From assembly GCA_029564175.1 (NCBI GenBank), contig JAKQQL010000321.1, forward strand, positions 1 to 33,232: a DNA stretch of 33,232 nt, read 5' to 3'. This document shows, piece by piece, positions 1 through 8,926 of the stretch. The stretch is from Candidatus Cloacimonadota bacterium (GTDB lineage Bacteria; Cloacimonadota; Cloacimonadia; Cloacimonadales; WRIO01). A program made the position numbers and the translations under genes. The notes below the pieces were generated by a model. The model worked only from the letters and a program-made list of their open reading frames with translations. It had not been told where the DNA came from and ran no database searches. Numbering within the stretch: the stretch's first letter is position 1; the number at the start of each line of letters is the position of its first letter.

Positions 1-555
1 TGTTGCGAGAATAATGATACTTTCATTGTATTCTGCTATTGAAATAATCGAAGCGTTTAGTTTGTCAATACCAATTCTGCCAACATATACATGATCATCC
101 AGTTTAGCAGCCATATAAATACTTAAACCTTCTTTTTCGGGAGACTGAAATAAAGGAGAGAATGAAGGCGTATAAGTCCATATACTTCTGAAAAAATCAT
201 AAAGATTACTGTTTTTAAAATTATAGTTTTCAAAAATCAGACTTTCAGGGTCTTTCTTATAAATTTTATTAATGGTATAGGTAGAATCGAGTGAATATAA
301 ATCAGAAAAACTATTCATCAGAGACGAAATATGCGGGTCTTGATGGTGATTTAAGAAGTTGTTAAATTCATTCTTTCTTTCAGACATGATTGTATTGAGT
401 AACACATCAATTTTTCTGGATTCTGCTTTTTGGGTTTTAATATAGTTTTTACGTATCTCATTTTCAAGAGAATAAAGAATAAAAAACATAATCGAAAGTA
501 TAAATAATAAAGAAAACAGGTCAATCCAGATAAAGAGATTCTTTGCTGATTTCAT
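1..555 (-). CDS. Membrane-anchored sensor protein, N-terminal part (TM helix + extracytoplasmic Cache-like region); runs off the window edge
   Basis: Not in the ORF track. Hand translation from the ATG at 555 is open for 185 codons to base 1: MKSAKNLFIWIDLFSLLFILSIMFFILYSLENEIRKNYIK...SFSPLFQSPEKEGLSIYMAAKLDDHVYVGRIGIDKL... One hydrophobic N-terminal helix, then a soluble domain with a Cache-like 'SPLFQSPE...IYMAA....VYVGRI' pattern. The ATG overlaps the upstream gene's TGA (ATGA). The output domain is not visible. Confidence 0.7.
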   Translation of the reverse strand, partial: MKSAKNLFIWIDLFSLLFILSIMFFILYSLENEIRKNYIKTQKAESRKIDVLLNTIMSERKNEFNNFLNHHQDPHISSLMNSFSDLYSLDSTYTINKIYKKDPESLIFENYNFKNSNLYDFFRSIWTYTPSFSPLFQSPEKEGLSIYMAAKLDDHVYVGRIGIDKLNASIISIAEYNESIIILAT

Positions 556-1640
556 CTTAAGAATTCTTCCTTGATGTCATAAATGAAATATAGCGGCATA
601 TCCACATCACCAAATTCGTCAAAGACAATTTCTCCAAATCGGGTTTTAAATGTTTTAGTTTTTAAAATATAATCCTTAATTTGTTGTGGTTTTGTTGAAC
701 CATTATCAATTGCCTGATTGATTATCTCAAGAGCAGAATAGACGTTCAAGCTGATGAAAGTAGGGGTCGTATTGAATTTTGATTTGTAATGTTCGACATA
801 TTGGTCAACTGTCTGATTTTGACCTTTTGCTGGATAATGAGAAGGGATAATGCTATGCTCAATCGTTTTACCGGCTGTTTCAAGAAGAGTAGGCGATTTC
901 ATCCACGGTGTGTACATGATAGGCAATCCTGGCTTAAAAGAAGCTACGAGTTGGGCAATTGAACCACAATTGGTCTTGTAGCCTCCAATTAACAGATACA
1001 GACTGTTGTAAGTCATTGCTTTTAGTTTATCTTGTAAATCCCTGATATTTATCCCGGACATTTTGATGTCAATCAGTTGATAGTCTTTCGGTTGATAATG
1101 ACTTAAAAAGACTTCAAGTGCGGGCTTGGTATAAGCTTCATTTTCTAAATCTCTGATAATCAGCAATTTGTCAAATTTGTTTTCAGCCTTGCTGAGACTC
1201 TCGTTCATGAACTCAGCAATTCTTATTTGTTCTTTTTCTACATCCAGTACATTTCTGATAATCATATCATTTTTCTTTGAAAGTTCATTTGTTGTGGCAC
1301 CAGAGACCATCGCAAAAACCTGGTCAGTATTGATTCTGTCTTTAATAGCCACAATACAGGTCGAAACATGGCTGGTGATGATAATATCAATTCCCTGTTG
1401 TTTAAGATTTTCATATTGTTTAATGGTTTCATCAGGCAGCCATTTATCATCAAAACTAGAAATATCAATTCTGGATTTTGGATTATCTTCCAAAAAAATT
1501 CTTGATGCATTTACTTCACTAGACCCAACGATAGATGCAGAGTCAAGTTTTGTCATAATAGCTACTTTTGTTTTTGATGGCTTAGAACAGGATATCATTA
1601 TCAGCATCAGAACGATAATCGCTAGTTTAAAATATCTCAT
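552..1640 (-). CDS. ABC-type (LivJ/LivK-like, periplasmic binding protein type 1) substrate-binding lipoprotein
   Basis: Start moved to ATG 1640 (MRYFKL) because GGAGGA lies 4 nt upstream. Signal peptide with lipobox-like MISC. Family-like segments 'FDDKWLPDET', 'YSALEIINQAI', 'FKTRFGEIVFDEFGD'. Confidence 0.85.
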   Translation of the reverse strand: MRYFKLAIIVLMLIMISCSKPSKTKVAIMTKLDSASIVGSSEVNASRIFLEDNPKSRIDISSFDDKWLPDETIKQYENLKQQGIDIIITSHVSTCIVAIKDRINTDQVFAMVSGATTNELSKKNDMIIRNVLDVEKEQIRIAEFMNESLSKAENKFDKLLIIRDLENEAYTKPALEVFLSHYQPKDYQLIDIKMSGINIRDLQDKLKAMTYNSLYLLIGGYKTNCGSIAQLVASFKPGLPIMYTPWMKSPTLLETAGKTIEHSIIPSHYPAKGQNQTVDQYVEHYKSKFNTTPTFISLNVYSALEIINQAIDNGSTKPQQIKDYILKTKTFKTRFGEIVFDEFGDVDMPLYFIYDIKEEFLR

Positions 1641-1658
1641 TTTGTCCTCCTGATTCAT

Positions 1659-1687
1659 AGTATATATTATTTTTGCCCAATTGTAAA
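1659..1687 (-). promoter_or_regulatory. Putative sigma70 promoter for the binding-protein/sensor operon
   Basis: Minus strand TTTACA (1687-1682), 17-nt spacer, TATACT (1664-1659). Confidence 0.55.
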
Positions 1688-1751
1688 GATAAAAATTAAG
1701 GAAGTTCTGAAAAATTGGAAGAATCTGTCGTTTGACTCTGTTTTATCGCTT

Positions 1752-1777
1752 ACTTTTAAGCAGGAAGCTTGTAGTAC
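1752..1777 (-). repeat. GTAC-footed REP-like palindrome, copy A
   Basis: Minus strand GTACTACAAGC-TTCCT-GCTTAAAAGT; first 20 nt are 18/20 identical to copy C at 8867. Confidence 0.6.
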
Positions 1778-1783
1778 GATTGC

Positions 1784-1816
1784 GGATTTACGGCGCTTCG
1801 CTTCGCAAATCCCTAC
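1784..1816 (-). repeat. GTAG-type REP-like hairpin
   Basis: Minus strand GTAG-GGATTTGCG-(11-nt loop AAGCGAAGCGC)-CGTAAATCC: GTAG foot followed by a 9-bp stem with one G-T pair; GC-rich patch in AT-rich DNA. Confidence 0.55.
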
Positions 1817-2013
1817 AGGTGCTTTTTACTTTACAAACAAGTTAACATAAGCGCTGTTAATTAAAAAGCTGTCATTTTGAACAGACTTCTTAGAATTCTA
1901 CAGGATTAAAAAGAAAATCTATTGACAATAATATGAAAAAAATATTAAGTGAATCAGAATAGGCATAAAGAAAATGCATGATAACATCATAAAGAAAGGG
2001 TATTTATCATTTT

Positions 2014-2592
2014 ATGAAAGTTTATTTTGCCAAAAACAGTCATGATTATCCTAAAAAACATGGAGATGTCAGGCTTTCGTGGTATCAGAACGGAAACATT
2101 TGCATTTTAAAAAGAAAGGCACAGCCTGCATTGCAAGTTCAAAATATCAGACTTAAGCTTGTCAATTCCGTTTGTAAAGAAATCTGGAAAAACCTTAGCT
2201 TGTCATTTAAAAAAGATCTTTACAGATATAGTATAGAATACAGAAAAGTCAGTTTTGTTTTGAGAAAAAGAGGTATTTCTGCATATTCTGTTCTGTTGAT
2301 GATAGTGAATGCCTTGATAAAGCGATTTTGTTTAAATACAGAATCTTATGAATTGCTCTTGTTACAAGTTAACTCACTCATGCATCATATGACAATATAT
2401 CTTTTTGTAAAGAAAAGACTTATAAAAGCAGTTAAAAATGCATATCGTCTCAATGCAAGGCATGGGGTTTTACTTGATTTCAATCCCTTTTTGAGAAATA
2501 ATACAGAAAGACTTATTGCTAATGAGATGAAGGGAAGGGTATTCGTGTATGATAAAACGTTTCATTTTGTACAAGGCATGTCTTATGCCTAA
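2014..2592 (+). CDS. Small basic hypothetical protein (paralog 1; homologous to 31833-32384)
   Basis: 192 aa; gapless alignment with the 31833-32384 product (HDYPKKxGD, LRKRGISAYSV, ALIKRFxLNTE). Conservation between the two copies supports a real gene. Confidence 0.85.
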   Translation: MKVYFAKNSHDYPKKHGDVRLSWYQNGNICILKRKAQPALQVQNIRLKLVNSVCKEIWKNLSLSFKKDLYRYSIEYRKVSFVLRKRGISAYSVLLMIVNALIKRFCLNTESYELLLLQVNSLMHHMTIYLFVKKRLIKAVKNAYRLNARHGVLLDFNPFLRNNTERLIANEMKGRVFVYDKTFHFVQGMSYA

Positions 2593-2683
2593 AACCTTAA
2601 AGAAAATGAAGCAATTATCATACTTTTTAATAATTTAGTTGACAAAAAAGAATATGAGAGAAAATTAAAATCAGAGGAATGAT

Positions 2684-3922
2684 ATGGTTTGGCAATTAAT
2701 GATACAAAAAAAAGCAAGTGTTTTGATACGGCAGTTTTTGAGGCGATATGATCTGCTTTTTTTGTTTATCGGGATAATGATTTCTACAGGTGTTTTAACT
2801 TGTACTCTGATGCTTTTTGAAGGCTATGAAAAAGCACTCAAAGAGAGTATTTTAAATTTTAATGCGCATATATACTTTTTTAAACCAGGCAGTCATGATT
2901 TAGGAATGAATGATATCAGTTTGATCAACGAGTACTTAAGTAAACAACCTGAAGTGATTACCAGTCAGGCTGTTGTCAGTGGACAAGGCATGATTTCATA
3001 CGGGTCAGGATTAAAAGGGGTTAATTACAGGAGCATTGATTCTGAGCGTAAGCTTTTGCCTGTTTCCTATCGTGAAATTATAACAGAAGGCACTTACCAA
3101 TTGAGAAAAGAAACAGATGTTGTGATTGGTAAACAGCTTGCTGAAGCAAATCATATAGCAGTTGGTGATACGGTTTTTATGCTGGCATCGGGAAACAGGG
3201 ATTTTTCACTGAGCGGTATTCAGCAAATGCCATTGACAATTGCCGGTATCTTTAATACAGGAATGTATGAATATGATATGAAAACCGTATTTGTGAGACC
3301 TGATCTGGCATTAAAACTAACAGGAAAACAGGATGGTAGTCATAAAAATGAATATACCCTGATAGAAGTCCGAATCAAAACGGAACAGGTGGAAAATGCC
3401 AGAATTCTGGCTAAAAAATGGGAGAGAGAACTGAATTTAAAATATCAGATATATTCATGGATACATTTTAACGGCAATATCTTCTCTCTGTTAAAACTGG
3501 AAAAATGGGTGATTGGTATTGTGTTGTTTTTTCTGATAATCATTGCCTCTTTTTCAATCATCACTTCAACAATCACAACGATAAGTGAAGAAAAAAAGAA
3601 AATCGCTATTTTAAGAGCAATTGGCCTAAAATACAGAGTGATTTATCAGCTATATTATGCAAAAATGACAGGCTTCGGGGTCGCAGGGATATTATGTGGA
3701 ATAATCTCAGGATGGGGATTTGCCCACATAATCAGTAAACAGTCATTTATAAAAATGGAAGGGCAAGTCTATCTTTTAGATGCCTTTCATGTCAGTATCC
3801 AACCTCAAACTTTATTGTTGATATTTGTAAGTGCTTTTGCGATTGTTAGTTTTTCAGCCCTGATTGCGCTCAAAAAACTGAATGCACTGGACATTATCTC
3901 AGTGTTAAGAATGAATAAATGA
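2684..3922 (+). CDS. lolC: Lipoprotein-releasing ABC permease, LolC/LolE (FtsX/MacB) family
   Basis: N-terminal TM, periplasmic 'VVIGKQLAEANHIAVGD' and 'IAGIFNTGMYEYD', 'NGNIFSLLKLEK', 'IAILRAIG', three C-terminal TMs; adjacent LolD-like ATPase. LolC versus LolE cannot be resolved by eye. Confidence 0.8.
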   Translation: MVWQLMIQKKASVLIRQFLRRYDLLFLFIGIMISTGVLTCTLMLFEGYEKALKESILNFNAHIYFFKPGSHDLGMNDISLINEYLSKQPEVITSQAVVSGQGMISYGSGLKGVNYRSIDSERKLLPVSYREIITEGTYQLRKETDVVIGKQLAEANHIAVGDTVFMLASGNRDFSLSGIQQMPLTIAGIFNTGMYEYDMKTVFVRPDLALKLTGKQDGSHKNEYTLIEVRIKTEQVENARILAKKWERELNLKYQIYSWIHFNGNIFSLLKLEKWVIGIVLFFLIIIASFSIITSTITTISEEKKKIAILRAIGLKYRVIYQLYYAKMTGFGVAGILCGIISGWGFAHIISKQSFIKMEGQVYLLDAFHVSIQPQTLLLIFVSAFAIVSFSALIALKKLNALDIISVLRMNK

Positions 3923-3983
3923 TGAGCCAGTCTCCAATGATGCAGATGGTAAACAAACAATCAACTAGTACTAATACATTTCA

Positions 3984-4008
3984 ACTGCAAACCGGTTGCT
4001 TGCAGTAC
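3984..4008 (-). repeat. GTAC-footed REP-like palindrome, copy B
   Basis: Minus strand GT-ACTGCAAGC-AACCG-GTTTGCAGT: 9-bp stem (one G-T), 5-nt loop, in the lolC-lolD spacer. Confidence 0.6.
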
Positions 4009-4061
4009 GGAAAATGGCAAAGCACATCAGCCACACATAAAAAATATAAGAAAGGGGAAAA

Positions 4062-4736
4062 ATGGAAATTTTAAGATCGAAGTCGCTGGTTAAGAATTAC
4101 CAGGATGTGAATTCTGTTTTACATATTTTAAAAGGGATTGATTTTTCAGTAAACCAGTCAGATTTAATATCAGTGAGTGGTTCATCAGGAAGTGGGAAAA
4201 GTACACTTTTACATATTTTAGGTCTTTTGGATTCCCCTACTAGTGGAGAAGTCTATTATTTTAATCGTCTGATTTCAAACAAAGATAAAGATTTGTCAGA
4301 TTTTCGCAATCAGCATATAGGATTTGTTTTTCAATTCCATTATTTATTAAACGATTTTACCGCAGTGGAGAATGTTGCCATTCCAATGTATATATCAGGT
4401 AAAACCTGGAAGAAGTCTCTGACCGAAGCGGCAGAATTACTGGTGAAAATGGATATGTACGACCGTTTAAACCACTATCCAAATCAGTTAAGCGGGGGTG
4501 AACAGCAAAGAACAGCAATTGCAAGAGCTCTGATAAACAGACCAGATGTAATATTTGCTGATGAACCAACCGGTAACCTTGATTTTAACCATGCCCAGGA
4601 AATTATCAATCTGATACTTCAATTGAATCAAAAATACGGACAGACCTTTATCATTGCGACTCATGATCAAAATGTGTGCGAAAATATGAAAATTCATTAT
4701 AAACTTGAAAAAGGCGAAATGTCTTTAACTAGTTAA
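4062..4736 (+). CDS. lolD: Lipoprotein-releasing ABC ATPase LolD
   Basis: Walker [10 protein letters not shown], '[11 protein letters not shown]', signature LSGGEQQR, '[11 protein letters not shown]', H-loop ATHD; downstream of the LolC/E permease. Confidence 0.9.
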   Translation: MEILRSKSLVKNYQDVNSVLHILKGIDFSVNQSDLISVSGSSGSGKSTLLHILGLLDSPTSGEVYYFNRLISNKDKDLSDFRNQHIGFVFQFHYLLNDFTAVENVAIPMYISGKTWKKSLTEAAELLVKMDMYDRLNHYPNQLSGGEQQRTAIARALINRPDVIFADEPTGNLDFNHAQEIINLILQLNQKYGQTFIIATHDQNVCENMKIHYKLEKGEMSLTS

Positions 4737-4800
4737 TGCAAACGGATTTTTAATGAAGATAGCTGTCCTTTTTGAAATTACAATATATTAAAATCTGAGG

Positions 4801-7800
4801 TTGTTTTTGAAACATAATCGCTGGTTTGTCTATCTGGTAGGGATACTTCTTATCATCAATCTGAGTATATATGCAGCTTTTAAATATTTTGATGCAGCAT
4901 CCTATTTCAGAAATAGAATCAGTCTTATGCTGGAGAGCAGTCTTGATGCAAATGTGAGCCTTGATCAATTTTCTATTAACGAAAAACAAATGTTCATTTC
5001 AAATCTGAAACTTGATGATAAACAGGGGCAATTTCAGATTAGAGTTAAACATCTTTATGTAGATTACAATCTGTTGTTTGTACTTTTATCCAATATCTCC
5101 AAAGCAAAAGCAATTAAAGAAATAAGAATATATGAACCAGATGTCATTTATCGCTACCAGGCAAAAAAGAAGACGAACACATCGAATACTGATTATACTA
5201 AATGGTTTAAAAAACTGAAAGTAGAAAATGGAAAATTAAAAATTGTCTCCGGCTTAAAGATCATAAAGTTTGAAAGTCAGCTAGATTCAATCGATATTCA
5301 GATAAATAATGAAAAACAAAGTGAAATTCAATTAAACGCCCATACATCTGAACACTCCAAACTTAAGCTTTACAGCGTACTTGAAAAGAACAGACTAAAA
5401 AAGCTGAAAGCAACTGTTTCTGATTTAAGACTGAATCATTTAATAATTGATTCAAAGCTTGTCTTAAACTGTAAAAGTTCTGCAATGATTGACTTTGATA
5501 GTCGTCAATGGCTTTATGATCTACAGTTACATGACCTGGATTTAGCCATTCAGGATGAAACTCTGAAAAATATTCTGTCAGTCAATCATTTGTTTCCAGA
5601 AAGATTTCGTCTATATGGAAATCAAAACAAGGCTTTTTTAAACACAAAAGTCAAGAGTGATACAGATTTAAATCTTTTATTGGAAATGACTGTCAGTGAT
5701 CCTTTTAAAAATAGAAAAATCTCACTTGACTATGTGATTAATCACTTTCAGTTGCCAAAAATGACTCATGTTGAAGGGAAAATTAATGCTGAAGGTACAT
5801 TAAAGTGGAATGGTAAAATTGGAGTCGAAGGCATTGTTTTAAGCGATAGCCTGACCTTTAAGGATGAAACCGCTAAAGCAATTCAGTTATCTGTAAAAAC
5901 GGATGATTTACTAAATGGTAAGATTAAATTTCAAAGCAATGAAATGCAGCTATTTAAAGGAAGGACAAGTTTTTCAGGCAATTATTCTTTAAAAAACAAT
6001 CAGATAGAATCGGACATTCAATGTTCAGAGATTGCCTATGATTTCAAAGGATTAAGCCTCATGGGGAATATCTCAAGCACTGTTCAGTATCAGAAAAAAA
6101 GTTTTACTTTAAAAAATAAAATAGAAGGTGCAAGGTTTTCTTATCAGTCATACGAAATGGATCAGTTATACGGTGATATATTTATCAGCAATAATCAGTA
6201 TGAAGTTGATTTGGAAAATACTGAAAAGTCCTTTGAATTAGCATATCAAGGCAGTCTTCAGGATAAGGAACATCATTTTGACCTTGTTTTGGACAATTTC
6301 CACTTAAAAAAGATTAAAGGGGATTTTGCTGATTTACCGGTTAACGGAAAAATTCAGGTTAATCTGAAAGATGGAAGATTAAAGTCATTGTTAAATATGT
6401 CTATCCCAAAAAACAATACAATCGCCTTTCAGGGTGATTTTGATGCTGAGTTTAACGCTGATATCAATGAAAAAAAAACAAATCTGGATTGTGTTTTAAA
6501 AAAAGGGTATTTTAACAAGAAATCAATTCAATTTTCATTAAAAGCAGATGGTACGCTTGATAGTTTAAAAAGCAGCGAGTTTATCATTAATAAAGAGTTG
6601 CAGTTAAACGTAAGTGCTGGATTAAGCCCATTCTTCTTTTACCGAATTGAAACTCAAAACCAGATTATACCATTGAGTATGATTTCACAGTATTTTGTTG
6701 ATGAGGATGTAAAGCAAAATTTAAAAGGATATCTTCAAATCAATCGTCTTTTCTATGATTCCTCCAAAGAAAAATCCCTGAAAGCAGATATAGCCGTTAA
6801 TAAACTCCAATATACCATAAGCAGAGAATTTAATATCAAATCCAATATTTCCGGCGATTTGGATGATATACAAATAAACCGGTTTGAAGTAAGCGGTGGA
6901 GATAAACGCTTGCTTAATGCAGAAGGCCGAATAGAAGATTTTGGAAAAAATTTATCGATAGAAGCCGGTTTAAATGGTGAATTAAGTGAATTTGCTGATT
7001 TACCAGATTCAAAGGGCTTATTAAATGCTTCTCTTGAATTTAATCTGAAAGATGGAGCGAAAACATTTAAAGCGAAACTGGCAACAGAAGAATTGCTATT
7101 GTATAATCAGTATCTGAACAGAGTTAATCTGAATGTCGAACAACTGGAAAAAGAGCTTGTTTTTAACGAGATTTCAGTAGGTTCAAATATGTATTATAGT
7201 ATAAATGGAAAGGGTTCTATAGCTTATAATGTGTTACAAGATCAGACTTACGAGAGTCATAAATCACTCAGACTGGATTTAAAACTAGACCCTCTTGGCT
7301 ATCTGAGCAATGAATATGATATCATGAATCAAACCCAATCCCAGTTGACAGGATTTGCTGAAGTCAGTATGAATGAAGAAGGATTACTGATTAAATCAGC
7401 CGAATTGAATATGCAAAACGGAAAAGTCAAGCTCCAGAGTCAACCCGAGATAATTGATCGAATCAGCCTGAAAATGAATGTGCTGAATAACAGACTGGAT
7501 TTAAAACAGTTTAGTTTTAGGATGGGTAAAGGGATTGTCAATATACGTAATGAAATCAAACATAATGAAGAAGATTTTATACTCGGTAATGTGCAAATTG
7601 GCCATTTATATGTGAGCTCAGATAATGAAGGGATATTTATGCATGTCCCTTATTACTCACCGAAGAACTCTGTGGCGAACATCAAAGTGAAAGGCAGATC
7701 AAATAATGAGTTTGAAATCAAAGGTCCATTTGACGATATTCACTTAACGGGTGATATTATCTTTAGCAATGGGACAGGTATCTATCCTTCTGATTCAGAA

Positions 7801-8817
7801 AATTTGCTTCAATACTTGAATCAAATAATGGCAAGAAATCAAATGAGAAGAAATGAGAAAAAGCAAACAGAACCTGAAGATAAGCAAGAAACTGAAAGCT
7901 CAGATTACCCATTTACACTTGACCTGGTATTAAGATTCGCTAATAATATGCGTTATGTTACTTATCCGCTAAATCTGGAAGTTAATCCGGATAGTTACCT
8001 TGAGCTCACTTACAAAAAAGGTCGATGGGGAGTTAATTCTGCATCCTTTATATCTGAAAGTGGTGAGGTAGAATTATTTGGCACAATATTTAAGGCGGAT
8101 TATGTTTCAGTCAAGATTACTCCTTATGATTACAATCCAATAGTTTTGGGCTCATTTTATAAAAAAGCACCTGATGGGACAACAATATTTTTGGAAATCA
8201 GTTCTGATCCTTCTATCAGTAACTTTATGGAATCAATGACAATCAGTTTAAAAAGTGATAACAGCGATGACAAAAATGCAGCACAGATTTTATCAAAATT
8301 GAGATATGGGAAGTCACTGGATGAACTTTCAAGTCAGCAGGAACAGTCTATATTACAGGATGAAGCACTTCAATTGTTTGGTGTAGGATTGGGCTCTGCA
8401 TTTGTTGATCCTTATATTACGCCATTTGAAACAAAAGTTAGAAAATGGTTCAATCTTGATACTTTTAATATCAATCCTGGTTTTGTCCAAAACCTGTTTA
8501 ATGAATATAAGTCTGATAATCATGCAAAATTGCGTGGTACAGACAAGGATATTATCAGTTTTAGTTCCTCTATCTTGCTTAATAATCTTTCAATCAACTC
8601 TGGTCGTTATATCAGTAATAAAGTATTCTTCAATTATGAAGCGATTTTTCAGGAAGAAACAGACATCTTTGAAAACAACAGGCTATACATGTACAACAAC
8701 TTTTCGCTAAGATATGATTTGCCATTTAAGATTCAAGGGATATATGAATTTCAGTTGATTCCAGATAATAAAAAAGAAGCGCATGAGATATTCTTTATGC
8801 GCTCCTTCAAGTTTTAG
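4801..8817 (+). CDS. AsmA/TamB-like repeating-beta-groove envelope protein
   Basis: 1338 aa, single N-terminal TM anchor, long amphipathic beta-strand repeats, TamB-like C-terminal region ('IKGPFDDIHLTGDI', 'NLDTFNINP') ending in FFMRSFKF. The true start may be TTG 4807, 6 nt after GAGG. Confidence 0.7.
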   Translation: MFLKHNRWFVYLVGILLIINLSIYAAFKYFDAASYFRNRISLMLESSLDANVSLDQFSINEKQMFISNLKLDDKQGQFQIRVKHLYVDYNLLFVLLSNISKAKAIKEIRIYEPDVIYRYQAKKKTNTSNTDYTKWFKKLKVENGKLKIVSGLKIIKFESQLDSIDIQINNEKQSEIQLNAHTSEHSKLKLYSVLEKNRLKKLKATVSDLRLNHLIIDSKLVLNCKSSAMIDFDSRQWLYDLQLHDLDLAIQDETLKNILSVNHLFPERFRLYGNQNKAFLNTKVKSDTDLNLLLEMTVSDPFKNRKISLDYVINHFQLPKMTHVEGKINAEGTLKWNGKIGVEGIVLSDSLTFKDETAKAIQLSVKTDDLLNGKIKFQSNEMQLFKGRTSFSGNYSLKNNQIESDIQCSEIAYDFKGLSLMGNISSTVQYQKKSFTLKNKIEGARFSYQSYEMDQLYGDIFISNNQYEVDLENTEKSFELAYQGSLQDKEHHFDLVLDNFHLKKIKGDFADLPVNGKIQVNLKDGRLKSLLNMSIPKNNTIAFQGDFDAEFNADINEKKTNLDCVLKKGYFNKKSIQFSLKADGTLDSLKSSEFIINKELQLNVSAGLSPFFFYRIETQNQIIPLSMISQYFVDEDVKQNLKGYLQINRLFYDSSKEKSLKADIAVNKLQYTISREFNIKSNISGDLDDIQINRFEVSGGDKRLLNAEGRIEDFGKNLSIEAGLNGELSEFADLPDSKGLLNASLEFNLKDGAKTFKAKLATEELLLYNQYLNRVNLNVEQLEKELVFNEISVGSNMYYSINGKGSIAYNVLQDQTYESHKSLRLDLKLDPLGYLSNEYDIMNQTQSQLTGFAEVSMNEEGLLIKSAELNMQNGKVKLQSQPEIIDRISLKMNVLNNRLDLKQFSFRMGKGIVNIRNEIKHNEEDFILGNVQIGHLYVSSDNEGIFMHVPYYSPKNSVANIKVKGRSNNEFEIKGPFDDIHLTGDIIFSNGTGIYPSDSENLLQYLNQIMARNQMRRNEKKQTEPEDKQETESSDYPFTLDLVLRFANNMRYVTYPLNLEVNPDSYLELTYKKGRWGVNSASFISESGEVELFGTIFKADYVSVKITPYDYNPIVLGSFYKKAPDGTTIFLEISSDPSISNFMESMTISLKSDNSDDKNAAQILSKLRYGKSLDELSSQQEQSILQDEALQLFGVGLGSAFVDPYITPFETKVRKWFNLDTFNINPGFVQNLFNEYKSDNHAKLRGTDKDIISFSSSILLNNLSINSGRYISNKVFFNYEAIFQEETDIFENNRLYMYNNFSLRYDLPFKIQGIYEFQLIPDNKKEAHEIFFMRSFKF

Positions 8818-8866
8818 TTTTTTTGTTAGCGAGTAGTAAAAGAACCATAAATGTTGAGAATAAAAT

Positions 8867-8890
8867 GTACTACAAGTTTCCTGCCTGCAT
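8867..8890 (+). repeat. GTAC-footed REP-like palindrome, copy C
   Basis: GTACTACAAGT-TTCCT-GCCTGCAT between the convergent tamB-like and PAS genes. Confidence 0.6.
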
Positions 8891-8926
8891 AAAATCGTTG
8901 AAAGATAAATATTCTGCTTACTTCTG

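Noticed and set aside
1168..1653. ORFs 1168-1653(+) and 1262-1510(-)
   Set aside because: Antisense or alternate-frame shadows of the binding-protein gene; no motifs.
4357..4989. Minus-strand ORFs 4357-4569, 4488-4697 and 4750-4989
   Set aside because: Antisense to lolD or the tamB-like gene; short, with no recognisable features.
8402..8710. 102-aa alternate-frame ORF
   Set aside because: Nested in the tamB-like CDS with no RBS or motif.
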